Source: an uncultured Planctomycetota bacterium (GTDB lineage: Bacteria > Planctomycetota > PLA2 > JAEUHO01). From it: DNA of 64,000 nucleotides. The stretch covers positions 320,001 to 384,000 of the forward strand of contig CAVVXN010000002.1 of assembly GCA_963752285.1 (NCBI GenBank). The letters are read 5' to 3'. The translations under genes were made by a program, and so were the position numbers. Positions 1 to 9,506 of this stretch are shown in pieces (positions within the stretch are counted from its first letter, which is position 1; each line of letters starts with the position of its first letter). The notes under the pieces are model-generated. The model ran no database searches. It was not told where the DNA came from and saw only the letters and a program-made list of their open reading frames with translations.

Positions 1-1
1 G

Positions 2-487
2 AGCGGGGCGAACCTCCAGCCATGGCACTTCGTCGTGGTGCGAGACGGAGCGCTGAAGCGCCGCATCCGCGAGGCGGCCGAGACCGAGGAGCGCGCCTTC
101 TACGAGCGCCGCGCGCCCGACGAGTGGCTGGCGGCGCTCCGCCCGCTCGGGACGAACGCCGAGAAACCCTTCCTCGACACGGCGCCCGCCCTCGTCGCGA
201 TCTTCGGAGCGAGGTGGGGGACCCGTCCCGACGGCGGGCGGCGCAAGCACTACTACGTGGACGAGTCGGTCGGGATCGCGACCGGGTTCCTGATCGCGGC
301 GCTCCACCACGCCGGGCTCGCGACGCTGACGCACACGCCGAGTCCGATGCGCTTCCTCGGCGAGATCCTCGAGCGGCCCGAGAACGAGCGGGCGTTCCTG
401 CTGCTGGTCGTCGGCTACCCGGCCGAGGACGCGCGGGTCCCGGACCTCTCGCGAAAGGATCTCGACGACATCGCCACCTTCCTCTGA
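2..487 (+). CDS. Nitroreductase-family flavoprotein, iodotyrosine-deiodinase-like (5' truncated by window edge)
   Basis: Frame from nt 2 reads [13 protein letters not shown]...[10 protein letters not shown]...KPFLDTAP...[12 protein letters not shown]...LTHTPSPM...VGYPA, typical of the IYD subgroup of nitroreductases. Confidence 0.85.
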   Translation, partial: SGANLQPWHFVVVRDGALKRRIREAAETEERAFYERRAPDEWLAALRPLGTNAEKPFLDTAPALVAIFGARWGTRPDGGRRKHYYVDESVGIATGFLIAALHHAGLATLTHTPSPMRFLGEILERPENERAFLLLVVGYPAEDARVPDLSRKDLDDIATFL

Positions 488-508
488 GCCCGCCGGCGGC
501 CCCGCGCG

Positions 509-1255
509 CTACCGGGCGTCCAGCAGGGCGGACCAGGCGCGGTCGAGAGCCGGCGCGAGGAGCGAGACGTCCGTCGCGCCCGCGCCCGGCCCGTGCGCGA
601 AGAAGTGGTTGAGGCCGGGGAGCGTCTCCATGCGCGCGCCGGGCGGGAGCGCGGGCTCGAGGTCCTCCCGCGGCGCCACGACGTCGCGCTCGCCGACGAT
701 CACCCGGACGGGCACCGGGACCTGCGCGAGCGCGTCGAGCGACCGTTCGTCCCTCGCCGCGGTCTCGAGGGGTCGCCCCAGGAGGAGGCGCCCGAAGTCG
801 CGGGCGCTCCTCGGGACGCGGGTGGCGGGCGCGAGGAGGACGAGGCCGGCCACGTCGAGCGGCGCCTCCCCGCTCGGCCCGCCCGCGGCGAGACGCGCGA
901 GGGCGCGCGCGCCATACGAGAACCCGGCGCCGTAGAGCGGACCGCGCGGCTGGAGCGCGCGAACGTGGGCGGCGGCGCGGCGCACCTCGTCGAGGTGGGC
1001 GCGGGCGTCGTCCGCGTCGCCCTCGCTCTCGCGCACGCCGCCGAAGTCGAACCGGAGCGCGACGAGCCCGGCCGCCGCCGCGCGTTCGGCCGTGAGGACC
1101 ACCACGGGATGGTCCATGTGGCCGCCGTGCGCGGGGTGCGGGTGACACACGACCGCCGCGCCCCGGGGGTTCGGGCCCGCGAGGTGGACGAACGCGGTGA
1201 GCCGGCGGCCGCGGGCGAGGACCACGTCGGGGCGCGGCCCGCCGGGGCCGCTCAA
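509..1255 (-). CDS. Alpha/beta-fold hydrolase
   Basis: CHPHPAHGGHMDHPVV, LRFDFGGVRES, nucleophile GFSYG, C-terminal NHFF; TTG start overlaps the parA stop (TTGA). Confidence 0.8.
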   Translation of the reverse strand: MSGPGGPRPDVVLARGRRLTAFVHLAGPNPRGAAVVCHPHPAHGGHMDHPVVVLTAERAAAAGLVALRFDFGGVRESEGDADDARAHLDEVRRAAAHVRALQPRGPLYGAGFSYGARALARLAAGGPSGEAPLDVAGLVLLAPATRVPRSARDFGRLLLGRPLETAARDERSLDALAQVPVPVRVIVGERDVVAPREDLEPALPPGARMETLPGLNHFFAHGPGAGATDVSLLAPALDRAWSALLDAR

Positions 1256-2133
1256 CGCGCCACGCCGTCGCCCTTCGCCGACGCCTCTCGCGACGTCTCC
1301 CCCGACGTCGCCCCCGGCGTCCCGGGCGACGGCGGACGCTCGGCGGTCGCGACGGGCGGGGCGAGGCCGGCCGGGGAGGTCGTCTCGACCTCCTCCGCGA
1401 GCGCGCGGTAGTCGGCGGCGCCCGCCGATCCGGGGGCGTACTCGAAGATGTGCTGCCCGTGGCCGGGCGCCTCGGCGAGCCGTACGTTCTGGCGGACCCG
1501 CGTGTGGAACACGCGGGAGGGGAAGTGGCGCTTCACCTCCTCGATCACCTCGCGGGCCAGGTTCGTCACGGGGTTGACCATCGTCGTGACGATGCCCGTG
1601 ATCCTCACCTCGGGATGGATCCCCTGCTGGACCATCGACACGATGCGGGAGAGCTGTCCGAGGCCGCGCAGGGCGAAGTACTCGGTCTGGAGCGTGATGA
1701 AGACCTCGCGGCACGCGGCCATCGCGTTCAGGGTGAGCAGGCCGAGGCTCGGCGGGCAGTCCACCAGGATCCAGTCCCAGCGGTCCTTCGGCGCCGCCGC
1801 GACCGCACGGCGAAGGAGCGTCTCCCGGCCGGGCCGGTCCGCGATCTCGACCTCGACGGCCGCGAGGTCCTCGTCGCCGGGGATGACCTCGAGCCGCTCC
1901 GTCGCCGTGGGGATCGCCGCCTCGACGAGGGGCGTGCCCGCCGTCAGCACGTCGTAGATCGTGGCCTCGTCCTCGAGCGAGCCGACGCCGAGGTGGTCGG
2001 TCAGGTTCCCCTGGGGGTCGAGGTCCACCAGCAGCACGCGCCGTCCGCGGAGCGCGAGCGCGGCCCCGAGGTTCACGGCGGTGGTGGTCTTCCCGACGCC
2101 GCCCTTCTGGTTCAGGATCGCGACGACCCGCAT
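1252..2133 (-). CDS. parA: ParA/Soj-family ATPase
   Basis: Deviant Walker A NQKGGVGKTT, DLDPQGN, DCPPSLG, LAEAPGHG. Confidence 0.93.
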   Translation of the reverse strand: MRVVAILNQKGGVGKTTTAVNLGAALALRGRRVLLVDLDPQGNLTDHLGVGSLEDEATIYDVLTAGTPLVEAAIPTATERLEVIPGDEDLAAVEVEIADRPGRETLLRRAVAAAPKDRWDWILVDCPPSLGLLTLNAMAACREVFITLQTEYFALRGLGQLSRIVSMVQQGIHPEVRITGIVTTMVNPVTNLAREVIEEVKRHFPSRVFHTRVRQNVRLAEAPGHGQHIFEYAPGSAGAADYRALAEEVETTSPAGLAPPVATAERPPSPGTPGATSGETSREASAKGDGVAR

Positions 2134-2139
2134 CCCGTA

Positions 2140-2145
2140 AGGCTA
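2140..2145 (-). promoter_or_regulatory. Putative -10 box (TAGCCT) of a leaderless parA transcript
   Basis: TANNNT 6 nt upstream of ATG 2133, no Shine-Dalgarno. Confidence 0.5.
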
Positions 2146-2249
2146 CCCGCGGCCGCGGACGGCCGACGGAGACGGGACGGCCCCGGCCTCCGGCGCCGCG
2201 CGGGCGTCCCCGCCTCGGCCGCGAGCCGGTGGGATCTCGCGCCCGCCGC

Positions 2250-3506
2250 TCACACCGGCCGGCCGACGAGGTAGGAGAGGAGGACCGTCGCGAAGCAGCC
2301 GGGCGGGAGCACGAACCGGACGAGGACCGAGCCGCCCGGCTCCTCCTCGAGGCTCGCCTCCTCGATCGGCACCGCGAGCGGGCGCCGGTCGCCCCGCGCG
2401 CGCGCCGCCTGCGAGGAGAAGGCCTCGGGCAGCACGCCTTCCTTCGCGAGCACCTCCCGCTCGATCGTTCCGGGGCGACCCTTTGCGAGGTCCAGGTCGT
2501 ACCCCACGAGCGGGCCCGTGGGGACCGCGCGCGTGGGCCCGCCGCCGAGCGCGAGGGCCTCCGCCTCGTCGCGCACGGGGACGCGTGCCCCGCTCGGGTA
2601 CAGCGCGGCGACGTCCCCGACCTCCAGGCGGTCGTAGGTGCCGTCGGCCACCCGGCGTTCGAGGATGCGGTTGAAGAGCCAGGCCTGCCACGCGGCGATC
2701 CAGATGCGTCGGGGCCGGCGGCCGAGCGCGAGGAACGCCTCGCGCGGGCTCTTCGTCTTGAGCAGGGTGCTCGCGACCTTCTTCTCCGTCCGTCGTTTCA
2801 GCGGGATCAGGTCCCGGCAGGTGGCCAGGTCGCCGCGGTCGTAGGCCTCCCGCGCCGCGACCATCCGAGGGTCGCGCTCGTGCTCGGACGGGCGCCCGAG
2901 GAGCTGCGACGCGAAGCCGTTCCAGTCCTCGTTCACGATCGACCGTCCGAGCAGGTGACCGTCGCGACGCACGCCGAACCGCTGCGACCCGTAGGCGTTC
3001 GGCATCCCGCGCGCGGCGAAGAGCTCGATCGCGCGCCGCGCGGACCCGACGCGCGTCGCGTCCACGCCGCGGATGCGGATCGTGAACCGGTTCCCGCGAT
3101 GGTGACCGATGCGGACGGGCGACACGTGCCGGGCCGCCGTGAGGACGCGAAAGCGCGGATGGCGGATCCGCAGCACGCGCTCGGGCGGCACGCGCGGGAC
3201 CGAGAGGTACTGCCGCGTGACCGCCTGCGTGTCCTTGAGCCCGGCGTATCCGACGTCGTTCTCGCTCACCTTCGCGCTCTTGCTCACGCGGAGCAGGACG
3301 TCGAACGTGGAGATCTGGCGCTTCTCGACCTGGAACACGACGTACTCGCCGCGTCCCGTCGGACGGACGAGGGGGATCTCCTCGACGCGGAAGTCCTCGG
3401 GGACGTCCCGGATGCGGCCGCCCAGGAGGACGGGCTCCCCGCCGAGGGCGGGGGGCATCGTGTCCTCTGCGGGCTCCGGGAGGACGTCGGCCTCCGGGTC
3501 CCTCAC
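2250..3506 (-). CDS. truD: tRNA pseudouridine(13) synthase TruD
   Basis: PEDFRVEE, GYAGLKD..AVTRQ, GNRFTI, PNAYGSQRFG, F.LPPGCFAT; GTG start overlaps the upstream stop (alternative ATG at 3458). Confidence 0.93.
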   Translation of the reverse strand: MRDPEADVLPEPAEDTMPPALGGEPVLLGGRIRDVPEDFRVEEIPLVRPTGRGEYVVFQVEKRQISTFDVLLRVSKSAKVSENDVGYAGLKDTQAVTRQYLSVPRVPPERVLRIRHPRFRVLTAARHVSPVRIGHHRGNRFTIRIRGVDATRVGSARRAIELFAARGMPNAYGSQRFGVRRDGHLLGRSIVNEDWNGFASQLLGRPSEHERDPRMVAAREAYDRGDLATCRDLIPLKRRTEKKVASTLLKTKSPREAFLALGRRPRRIWIAAWQAWLFNRILERRVADGTYDRLEVGDVAALYPSGARVPVRDEAEALALGGGPTRAVPTGPLVGYDLDLAKGRPGTIEREVLAKEGVLPEAFSSQAARARGDRRPLAVPIEEASLEEEPGGSVLVRFVLPPGCFATVLLSYLVGRPV

Positions 3507-4861
3507 CGGTCGGTCATCTCGACGGAGTCCAGGAGCTCCTGGATCGTCTTGCCCCACTTGTCCATGCCGCGGCGCGATATGTCGATGATGATCGCGCAGG
3601 ACAGCTTGCTCGTGCCCCAGGCGAGCCGGGTCACCACGTCCTCGCCCACGCCCCGCGGCGCGATGCCGCCGAGCACGCCGCGGAAGGCCTCGATGGTCTT
3701 CTCGGAGCCGAGACGCTCGTTCTTCGCCTTCTCGACGGCGCGGAGCTTGCTCAGGTCCTCGTAGTCGAGCTTGTCGGGTCGTTTGTCCTTCTCGGAGAAG
3801 GCCTCCTTCTGCTTCTCCCAGTCGGGCAGGGCGAGGAACGTCTTCGTCTTCTTCGGCCAGTCGTACGTCCAGACCCGCCCGGACGGATGCTGATGGTTGA
3901 AGCCGTTGTCTCCGCCCCACCAGAGGTCGAACGCCCAGTTGCGGATGTTCACGGTCTGGCCCATGCCGCGCTGGAACACGTAGAACAGGATCTGGTACGA
4001 GCCCCCGCGTTCGTTGTCCTCGAACCACGCGACCACGCCGGGGTACTTCTGGCGGTCGAACTCCTTCGACTTGAGGCCCTTGGGCTTCACGAGCTTCCAG
4101 CCGACGGCCACGTTCTCGACCGTGCGCTCCTCGGCCTCGTCGCCGGTCGGCTGCTTCTCCTCGTCGGGCGGCGGGCCGGCGTCCGGGTTCTGCTCGGGCT
4201 TGGGCTTCTGCTTGACGGTCTTGTCCAGGAGGTCGAACCCGTTCTCGATGCTGTAGAAGTCGGCGACGATCCCCTCCTCGTCGCGCTCGGTGGGCCACGC
4301 GTAGACGCGGACCTCGTAGAGCTTTCCCTCGAAGACCACGAGCATCAGCGCCGCCTTCGTGTCGGCCGACTTCCCGTCGAGGTTGTTCGACCTGCCCTTG
4401 ACGTCCAGCGTGCGGAGCGGGATGCCTCCGTCGAGCTCGTCCTTCTCGATCTCCACCTCGGGCCACTGGGAGGGGTCGCTCCCGAACCGCTCGAGGAGGA
4501 GCCGCTGGACGTCCTTGTCGGCGGCGATCTGGTCGATGTCCTTGTCCGCCGGAGCCTCCGAGATGGCGACGTGCATCTCGCCCCCCTGCCCCGTCGCCGG
4601 CTCGCCGTTCGAGAGCTTCGCGAGCTTCCGGACCGCGCCGAACTTGATGTGGAGGGCGTCCCACGCGGGGAGCGGCGTCTCCGTCTTCCACTCCGCGGGG
4701 AGCTCGAACGTGACGTTCAGCTCCGGCTTGTCCACGATCTCGCCGCGCGCGGGGGGCGCGCCCGGAAGGGCCAGCAGCGCCGCGGCGATCGACCCGAGCA
4801 ACGCCCGCGTCCCGAGCCGCCGGGCCGCAGACCGATCTCGTCTCGGCGCGCGCATGGTCAC
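3503..4861 (-). CDS. Exported hypothetical protein with two PsbP/Mog1-like repeats
   Basis: Signal peptide ending ARG; two segments beginning VTFELPAEW and WKLVKPKGL; Lys/Glu-rich, unlike the shadow ORFs. Confidence 0.7.
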   Translation of the reverse strand: MTMRAPRRDRSAARRLGTRALLGSIAAALLALPGAPPARGEIVDKPELNVTFELPAEWKTETPLPAWDALHIKFGAVRKLAKLSNGEPATGQGGEMHVAISEAPADKDIDQIAADKDVQRLLLERFGSDPSQWPEVEIEKDELDGGIPLRTLDVKGRSNNLDGKSADTKAALMLVVFEGKLYEVRVYAWPTERDEEGIVADFYSIENGFDLLDKTVKQKPKPEQNPDAGPPPDEEKQPTGDEAEERTVENVAVGWKLVKPKGLKSKEFDRQKYPGVVAWFEDNERGGSYQILFYVFQRGMGQTVNIRNWAFDLWWGGDNGFNHQHPSGRVWTYDWPKKTKTFLALPDWEKQKEAFSEKDKRPDKLDYEDLSKLRAVEKAKNERLGSEKTIEAFRGVLGGIAPRGVGEDVVTRLAWGTSKLSCAIIIDISRRGMDKWGKTIQELLDSVEMTDR

Positions 4862-4865
4862 CTCC

Positions 4866-6578
4866 TCAGAACTTGACCGCTCGCTTCAGGTCGCGAAGGA
4901 CCGACGAGAACGTGTGTTCGGCGTTCTTGCCGCCGAGCTGGATGCGGATGACGTAGATGTACTGCTTGTAGCGGACCACGTAGCCTCGTTCGGAGAAGGG
5001 AGCGTCGCGGAGCGTGCCCGTGAACTCGTAGCCCAGGCCCTTCCCGCGGCCCCACTTGTCCTTGAAGGAGTTGGCCTTGCCCTTCGTGTTCACCTCCGGC
5101 GAGGCCACCGCGTCCTTCCACGTGTTCGCGCGCTGGTCGATGTAGCTCTGCTCCGGGTCCTTCATGTTGGGCTGGTACGCGATCGACGCGACGTCGAAAT
5201 AGAGGTACGACTGCTTGTCCTCGCTCCGGACCTCCCAGGCGACCTTGAGATCGCCACGACCCCCCGGGTCGAGGAGCGACGACATGTCCTCGGGTTTCTT
5301 CGCCGTGAACCCGAGGGACGTGACGTCCTCCTCCTTCCCCTCGCCCGTGCCCCGGGACTGGTTGAAGGGGGGCACCTCGGGGATGCCCGCGGGACCCGTG
5401 ATCCACTCGGTCGTGTCGAGGAACTGGAGCGACGCGACGATGTCCTTGGCCGCGCCCGCGAAGATCACGCGCGCGTCCTTCCATCCGTACATGTCGAGCT
5501 GGAGCTCGTACTGGAAGCGCTGGAGCACCACGAAGTTCCACACCCGGTAGTGCATCTCGCGGTCCTTCCAGCCCGCCATGATGAGCTGTGCGCCCTTGAC
5601 GTTGCCGATGGTGGCGTCCGTGACCGCCTTCGTGTACCGACCGACCACCTTGTCGAACACGTGCTCGGAGATGTTGCTCTGGACGTTGTCCGACTCGGCG
5701 ATGTGGTTCGCGTCCACCCCGGGGCGCGCGGGCGCGGCGAGCAGCCGGACCTCGAAGTACACCTCCGTGGGCTCCCCCTCCTTCTCGGCCTTGCGCTCCG
5801 CCTTCGCGGCGAGGGCGCCGAGGAGGACGCCCCCGCTCTCGGGCACCTTCGCCTCGTCCGAGATCACCGCCCTCCACTTGAGGGGGCTGTCGGCGGGGAC
5901 CGCCCACTTGAGGTTGTAGTGGGGGAAGAGCGCGGCGTTCCCCTCGCGTTTCGGACCGTGCTCGGGCCAGCTGTCCGCGGAGCCGGCGGACTTGGGGTCG
6001 GGCTCCGCCGACCCCGACTCGTCCGCGGGCTCCTCCGGTCCGGCGCCCTCGAGGAGCCGATACGCGCGCCTGAGCGCGTCCACCTCGCCGGCGAGGGTCT
6101 TGTCGCCCTCGCCGCGGAACTGGCAGATGAGCTGGTGGAACAGGCCCTTCGACACGGTGGACCAGACCCGGACCAGGACCGGCACGCCGCTCCCGTCGGT
6201 GCCCTTCACGATCACCTGGCTCGCCCGGATGCCCGAGAGCAGGCCGTCGTGGACGGCCGATCCCTCCACCTTCGACACGCCGAGGCTCGACGCGTTGTCC
6301 ACCACCTCTTGCGTGAGCTCGTCCAGGGAGAGACCGTTCGTGGGGACCACCCGGACCGACACCGTGGCCGTCGCGCCGTCCTTGTTGCGCATCAGCTTCG
6401 CGACGTACCCGTACCCCTTCGCGTCCGGGCTGACGTCCATCCACTCCCAGCTGTCGTTCGGCGTCGTCAGCTTGAAGTTCTTGTCCTTGAACTCCTTCGT
6501 CTCACCGGCCGCGCGGACCGGGGACGGCGCCAGGAGGAGCAGCGAGGTGACGAGGAGCAGCCAGCGGGCGCGGGGCAT
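4866..6578 (-). CDS. Exported hypothetical protein with three PsbP/Mog1-like repeats
   Basis: Signal peptide (MPRARWLLLV...VRA), GGAGG SD; repeats starting FKLTTPNDSW, LKWAVPADSPLKW, FTAKKPEDM. Confidence 0.72.
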   Translation of the reverse strand: MPRARWLLLVTSLLLLAPSPVRAAGETKEFKDKNFKLTTPNDSWEWMDVSPDAKGYGYVAKLMRNKDGATATVSVRVVPTNGLSLDELTQEVVDNASSLGVSKVEGSAVHDGLLSGIRASQVIVKGTDGSGVPVLVRVWSTVSKGLFHQLICQFRGEGDKTLAGEVDALRRAYRLLEGAGPEEPADESGSAEPDPKSAGSADSWPEHGPKREGNAALFPHYNLKWAVPADSPLKWRAVISDEAKVPESGGVLLGALAAKAERKAEKEGEPTEVYFEVRLLAAPARPGVDANHIAESDNVQSNISEHVFDKVVGRYTKAVTDATIGNVKGAQLIMAGWKDREMHYRVWNFVVLQRFQYELQLDMYGWKDARVIFAGAAKDIVASLQFLDTTEWITGPAGIPEVPPFNQSRGTGEGKEEDVTSLGFTAKKPEDMSSLLDPGGRGDLKVAWEVRSEDKQSYLYFDVASIAYQPNMKDPEQSYIDQRANTWKDAVASPEVNTKGKANSFKDKWGRGKGLGYEFTGTLRDAPFSERGYVVRYKQYIYVIRIQLGGKNAEHTFSSVLRDLKRAVKF

Positions 6579-6752
6579 GGGGCGACCTCCGTCGGGGCGG
6601 ATAGCGGGGGTCGGCGATTCTAACGCAACGAGCGTGCCGTCGCGGAGTCACCCCGGGGCGCCCGTCGCGCGCCCGCGCCGCGCCCCGACGGCACCGTTCG
6701 GTGTCGGACGTGGCGCGGGGCCCACGCGCGGTGCCCCTCGGCGTCGCGCGAC

Positions 6753-9323
6753 CTACGCGCCCTCCGGGGGAACGCCGGGCGTGTCCTCCGCGGGCGTGCT
6801 CTCCGGCGCGGCGTCCGGCCCGTCCTCGGCGGCCCCGGTGGCGGCTCCGGCGTCGTCGTCGGACGCCCCGGTGGTGTCGCCGTCCGCGTCCTCGGGGCGG
6901 ACCCAGGCCATCGAGACGAGCCGGTCGCCCTCGGGGACCGCGATCGCCTTCACGCCGGCCGTCGCGCGCCCGGTGGTGCGGAACTGGTCTTCCGTCACGG
7001 ACATGCGGAGCGTCTGGCCGCCCTCGGTGATGACGATGATCTCGTCCCCGTCCCGGACGGACCGGGCGGCGACGACCTCGCCGTTCCGCTCGAGGCCCGC
7101 CTGCGAGATGTTCATCACCCCCTGGCCCCCGCGGTTGTGGACGGGGTACTCGTGGAAGTGGGAGCGCTTCGCGTAGCCGCGCTCGCACACCGTGAGCAGC
7201 GTGGCGTCCTCGCCGGGGATCGCCATGCCCACGACCCGGTCGCCCTCGCGGAGCGAGATGCCCTTCACGCCGCTCGCGGTGCGCCCCATCGCGCGGACCT
7301 GGGCCACGGGAAAGTGGATCGCCTTGCCCCGCGCGGTCACGAGCACCAGGTCCTGGGCGTCCTCCACCAGCGCGGTGCCGATCAGGGCGTCCCCCTCGCG
7401 GAGCGCGACGGCGAGGATGCCGCCGCTCCGGATGTTCTGGTACTCCGACAGGCGCGTCCGCTTCACGCGTCCCTCGCGCGTCACGAAGAGGAGCGAGCGG
7501 GCGTCGTCCATGTCGCGGAGCTTCAGGATCGCGTGGACGTTCTCGCCCGGCTCGAGCCTCAGGTAGTTCACGAGCGCCCGGCCCTGGGCGTACCGGCCCG
7601 CCACCGGAAGGTGGTACACGAGCTCCTTCAGCACGCGACCGCGGTCGGTGAAGAACAGCAGCCAGTCGTGGGTGTTGGCCACGAGGAGGCGTTCGACGAA
7701 GTCGCCCTCCTTCGCCTCGGTGCCCTTGATGCCCTTGCCGCCGCGGAGCTGCATGCGGTACTCCTCGAGGGGCGTCCGCTTGATGTAGCCCTCGTGCGAG
7801 ACCGTGACGACGACGTTCTCGGGCACGACGAGGTCGAGCGTGCCGTACTCGCCCTGTGCGTCCTCGATCACGGTGCGACGGGGATCCGGGTAGCGCTTGC
7901 CGAGCTGGACCATCTCGTCGCGGATGAGCGCGAGGACGTGCTTCTCGTCGGAGAGGATCCGGCGGTACTCGGCGATCTCGGCCTGGAGCGCGCCGTGCTC
8001 CGCCTCGAGCTCCTCGCGCTGCAGGCCCGTGAGACGCTGCAGCCGCATCTGGAGGATCGCGTCCGCCTGGACCGCCGAGAAGCCGAAGCGGGAGACGATG
8101 CCGTCCTTCGCGGCCTGGGGGTCCCGGCTCGCCCGGATCAGCGCCACGATCTCGTCGATCCGGTCGAGGGCCTTCAGGAGGCCCTCCACGATGTGGTCGC
8201 GCTCCTCGGCCTTGCGGAGCAGGTACCGCGTCCGCCGCGTGAGGACCTCCTGGCGGTGCCGGACGTACTCCTCGATGAGCCGCTTCAGGGGGCAGAGGAC
8301 CGGCCGCCCGTCCACGAGCGCGATCATGATCACGCTGAACGACTCGCGAAGCGGCGTGAACCGGTACAGCTGGTTCAGGACGATCTCGGGGTCCTCGCCC
8401 TTCTTCAGCTTGATCACGATGCGCGTCTTCGTGTCCGACTCGTTGCGGATGTCGGAGATCCCGGTGACGCGGTCGGCCTTCGCCGCCTCGACGATCTTCT
8501 TGACGAGCGTCTCGCGGCCGAGCTGGAACGGGATCTCGCGCACGACGATCTCGGGGGCCGTGCGCTCGTTCTCGACGATCTCCGTGAGCGCGCGCACCTC
8601 GAGGATCGCGCGGCCCGTGGTGTACGCGTCGAGGATGGCCTGCCGCCCGCAGATGCGACCGCCCGTGGGGAAGTCGGGACCCTGCACGTGCTGCATGAGG
8701 CCCGCGACCGTGATCTCGGGGTCGTCGAGGTACGCCACGATCGCCGCCGCGACCTCCGCGGCGTTGTGGGGCGGGATCGAGGAGGCCATGGCGACGGCGA
8801 TGCCGGCGCCCCCGTTGACGAGGAGGTTCGGAAAGAGGCCCGGCAGGACGGTCGGCTCGAGGCGCGACTCGTCGTAGTTCGGGCGGAAGTCCACCGTCTC
8901 CTTGTCGAGGTCCTGGAGCAGCTCCATGGCCGAAGGCGTCAAGCGGCACTCCGTGTACCGCATCGCGGCCGGGGGATCGCCCTCGATCGACCCGAAGTTG
9001 CCCTGCGGGTGCACGAGCGGCATCCGCATGTTGAAGTCCTGCCCCATGCGGACGAGCGTCGGGTAGACGACCTGGTCGCCGTGGGGGTGGTAGTTGCCGA
9101 CCGTCTCGCCCGCGACCTTCGCGCACTTCTGGGTCTTGCGGTTCGGGGAGAGCCCCAGGTCGTTCATCGCGACGAGGATGCGGCGCTGGCTCGGCTTCAG
9201 GCCGTCGCGCACGTCCGGCAGCGCGCGGTCCACGATCACGCTCATCGCGTACCGGAGGTACGACTGCTTGAGCTCCGTCGCGATGTCGAGGTCCTGGATG
9301 CGCTCGGGGGCTTCGGGAGCCAT
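6753..9323 (-). CDS. gyrA: DNA gyrase subunit A
   Basis: RALPDVRDGLKP, HPHGD, catalytic AAMRYTE, GyrA-box-like QLRGGKG, C-terminal beta-pinwheel repeats. Confidence 0.96.
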   Translation of the reverse strand: MAPEAPERIQDLDIATELKQSYLRYAMSVIVDRALPDVRDGLKPSQRRILVAMNDLGLSPNRKTQKCAKVAGETVGNYHPHGDQVVYPTLVRMGQDFNMRMPLVHPQGNFGSIEGDPPAAMRYTECRLTPSAMELLQDLDKETVDFRPNYDESRLEPTVLPGLFPNLLVNGGAGIAVAMASSIPPHNAAEVAAAIVAYLDDPEITVAGLMQHVQGPDFPTGGRICGRQAILDAYTTGRAILEVRALTEIVENERTAPEIVVREIPFQLGRETLVKKIVEAAKADRVTGISDIRNESDTKTRIVIKLKKGEDPEIVLNQLYRFTPLRESFSVIMIALVDGRPVLCPLKRLIEEYVRHRQEVLTRRTRYLLRKAEERDHIVEGLLKALDRIDEIVALIRASRDPQAAKDGIVSRFGFSAVQADAILQMRLQRLTGLQREELEAEHGALQAEIAEYRRILSDEKHVLALIRDEMVQLGKRYPDPRRTVIEDAQGEYGTLDLVVPENVVVTVSHEGYIKRTPLEEYRMQLRGGKGIKGTEAKEGDFVERLLVANTHDWLLFFTDRGRVLKELVYHLPVAGRYAQGRALVNYLRLEPGENVHAILKLRDMDDARSLLFVTREGRVKRTRLSEYQNIRSGGILAVALREGDALIGTALVEDAQDLVLVTARGKAIHFPVAQVRAMGRTASGVKGISLREGDRVVGMAIPGEDATLLTVCERGYAKRSHFHEYPVHNRGGQGVMNISQAGLERNGEVVAARSVRDGDEIIVITEGGQTLRMSVTEDQFRTTGRATAGVKAIAVPEGDRLVSMAWVRPEDADGDTTGASDDDAGAATGAAEDGPDAAPESTPAEDTPGVPPEGA

Positions 9324-9506
9324 GCGGAGATCCCCACGGGGTCGGGTGCGGACGTGGACGGCGGGAGGCGGGAAGGAGGCCCGGGCCCTCCGGTCGGCCG
9401 GGGCCGGCCGCCCCGCGCGAGACGGCCGGGGCCGCGCGCACCAAAGGCCCGATTTTACGCGCCTCGGCGGGCTTTCTCCCCCCTTTCCAGGGGTGTCCGA
9501 CCGGCG

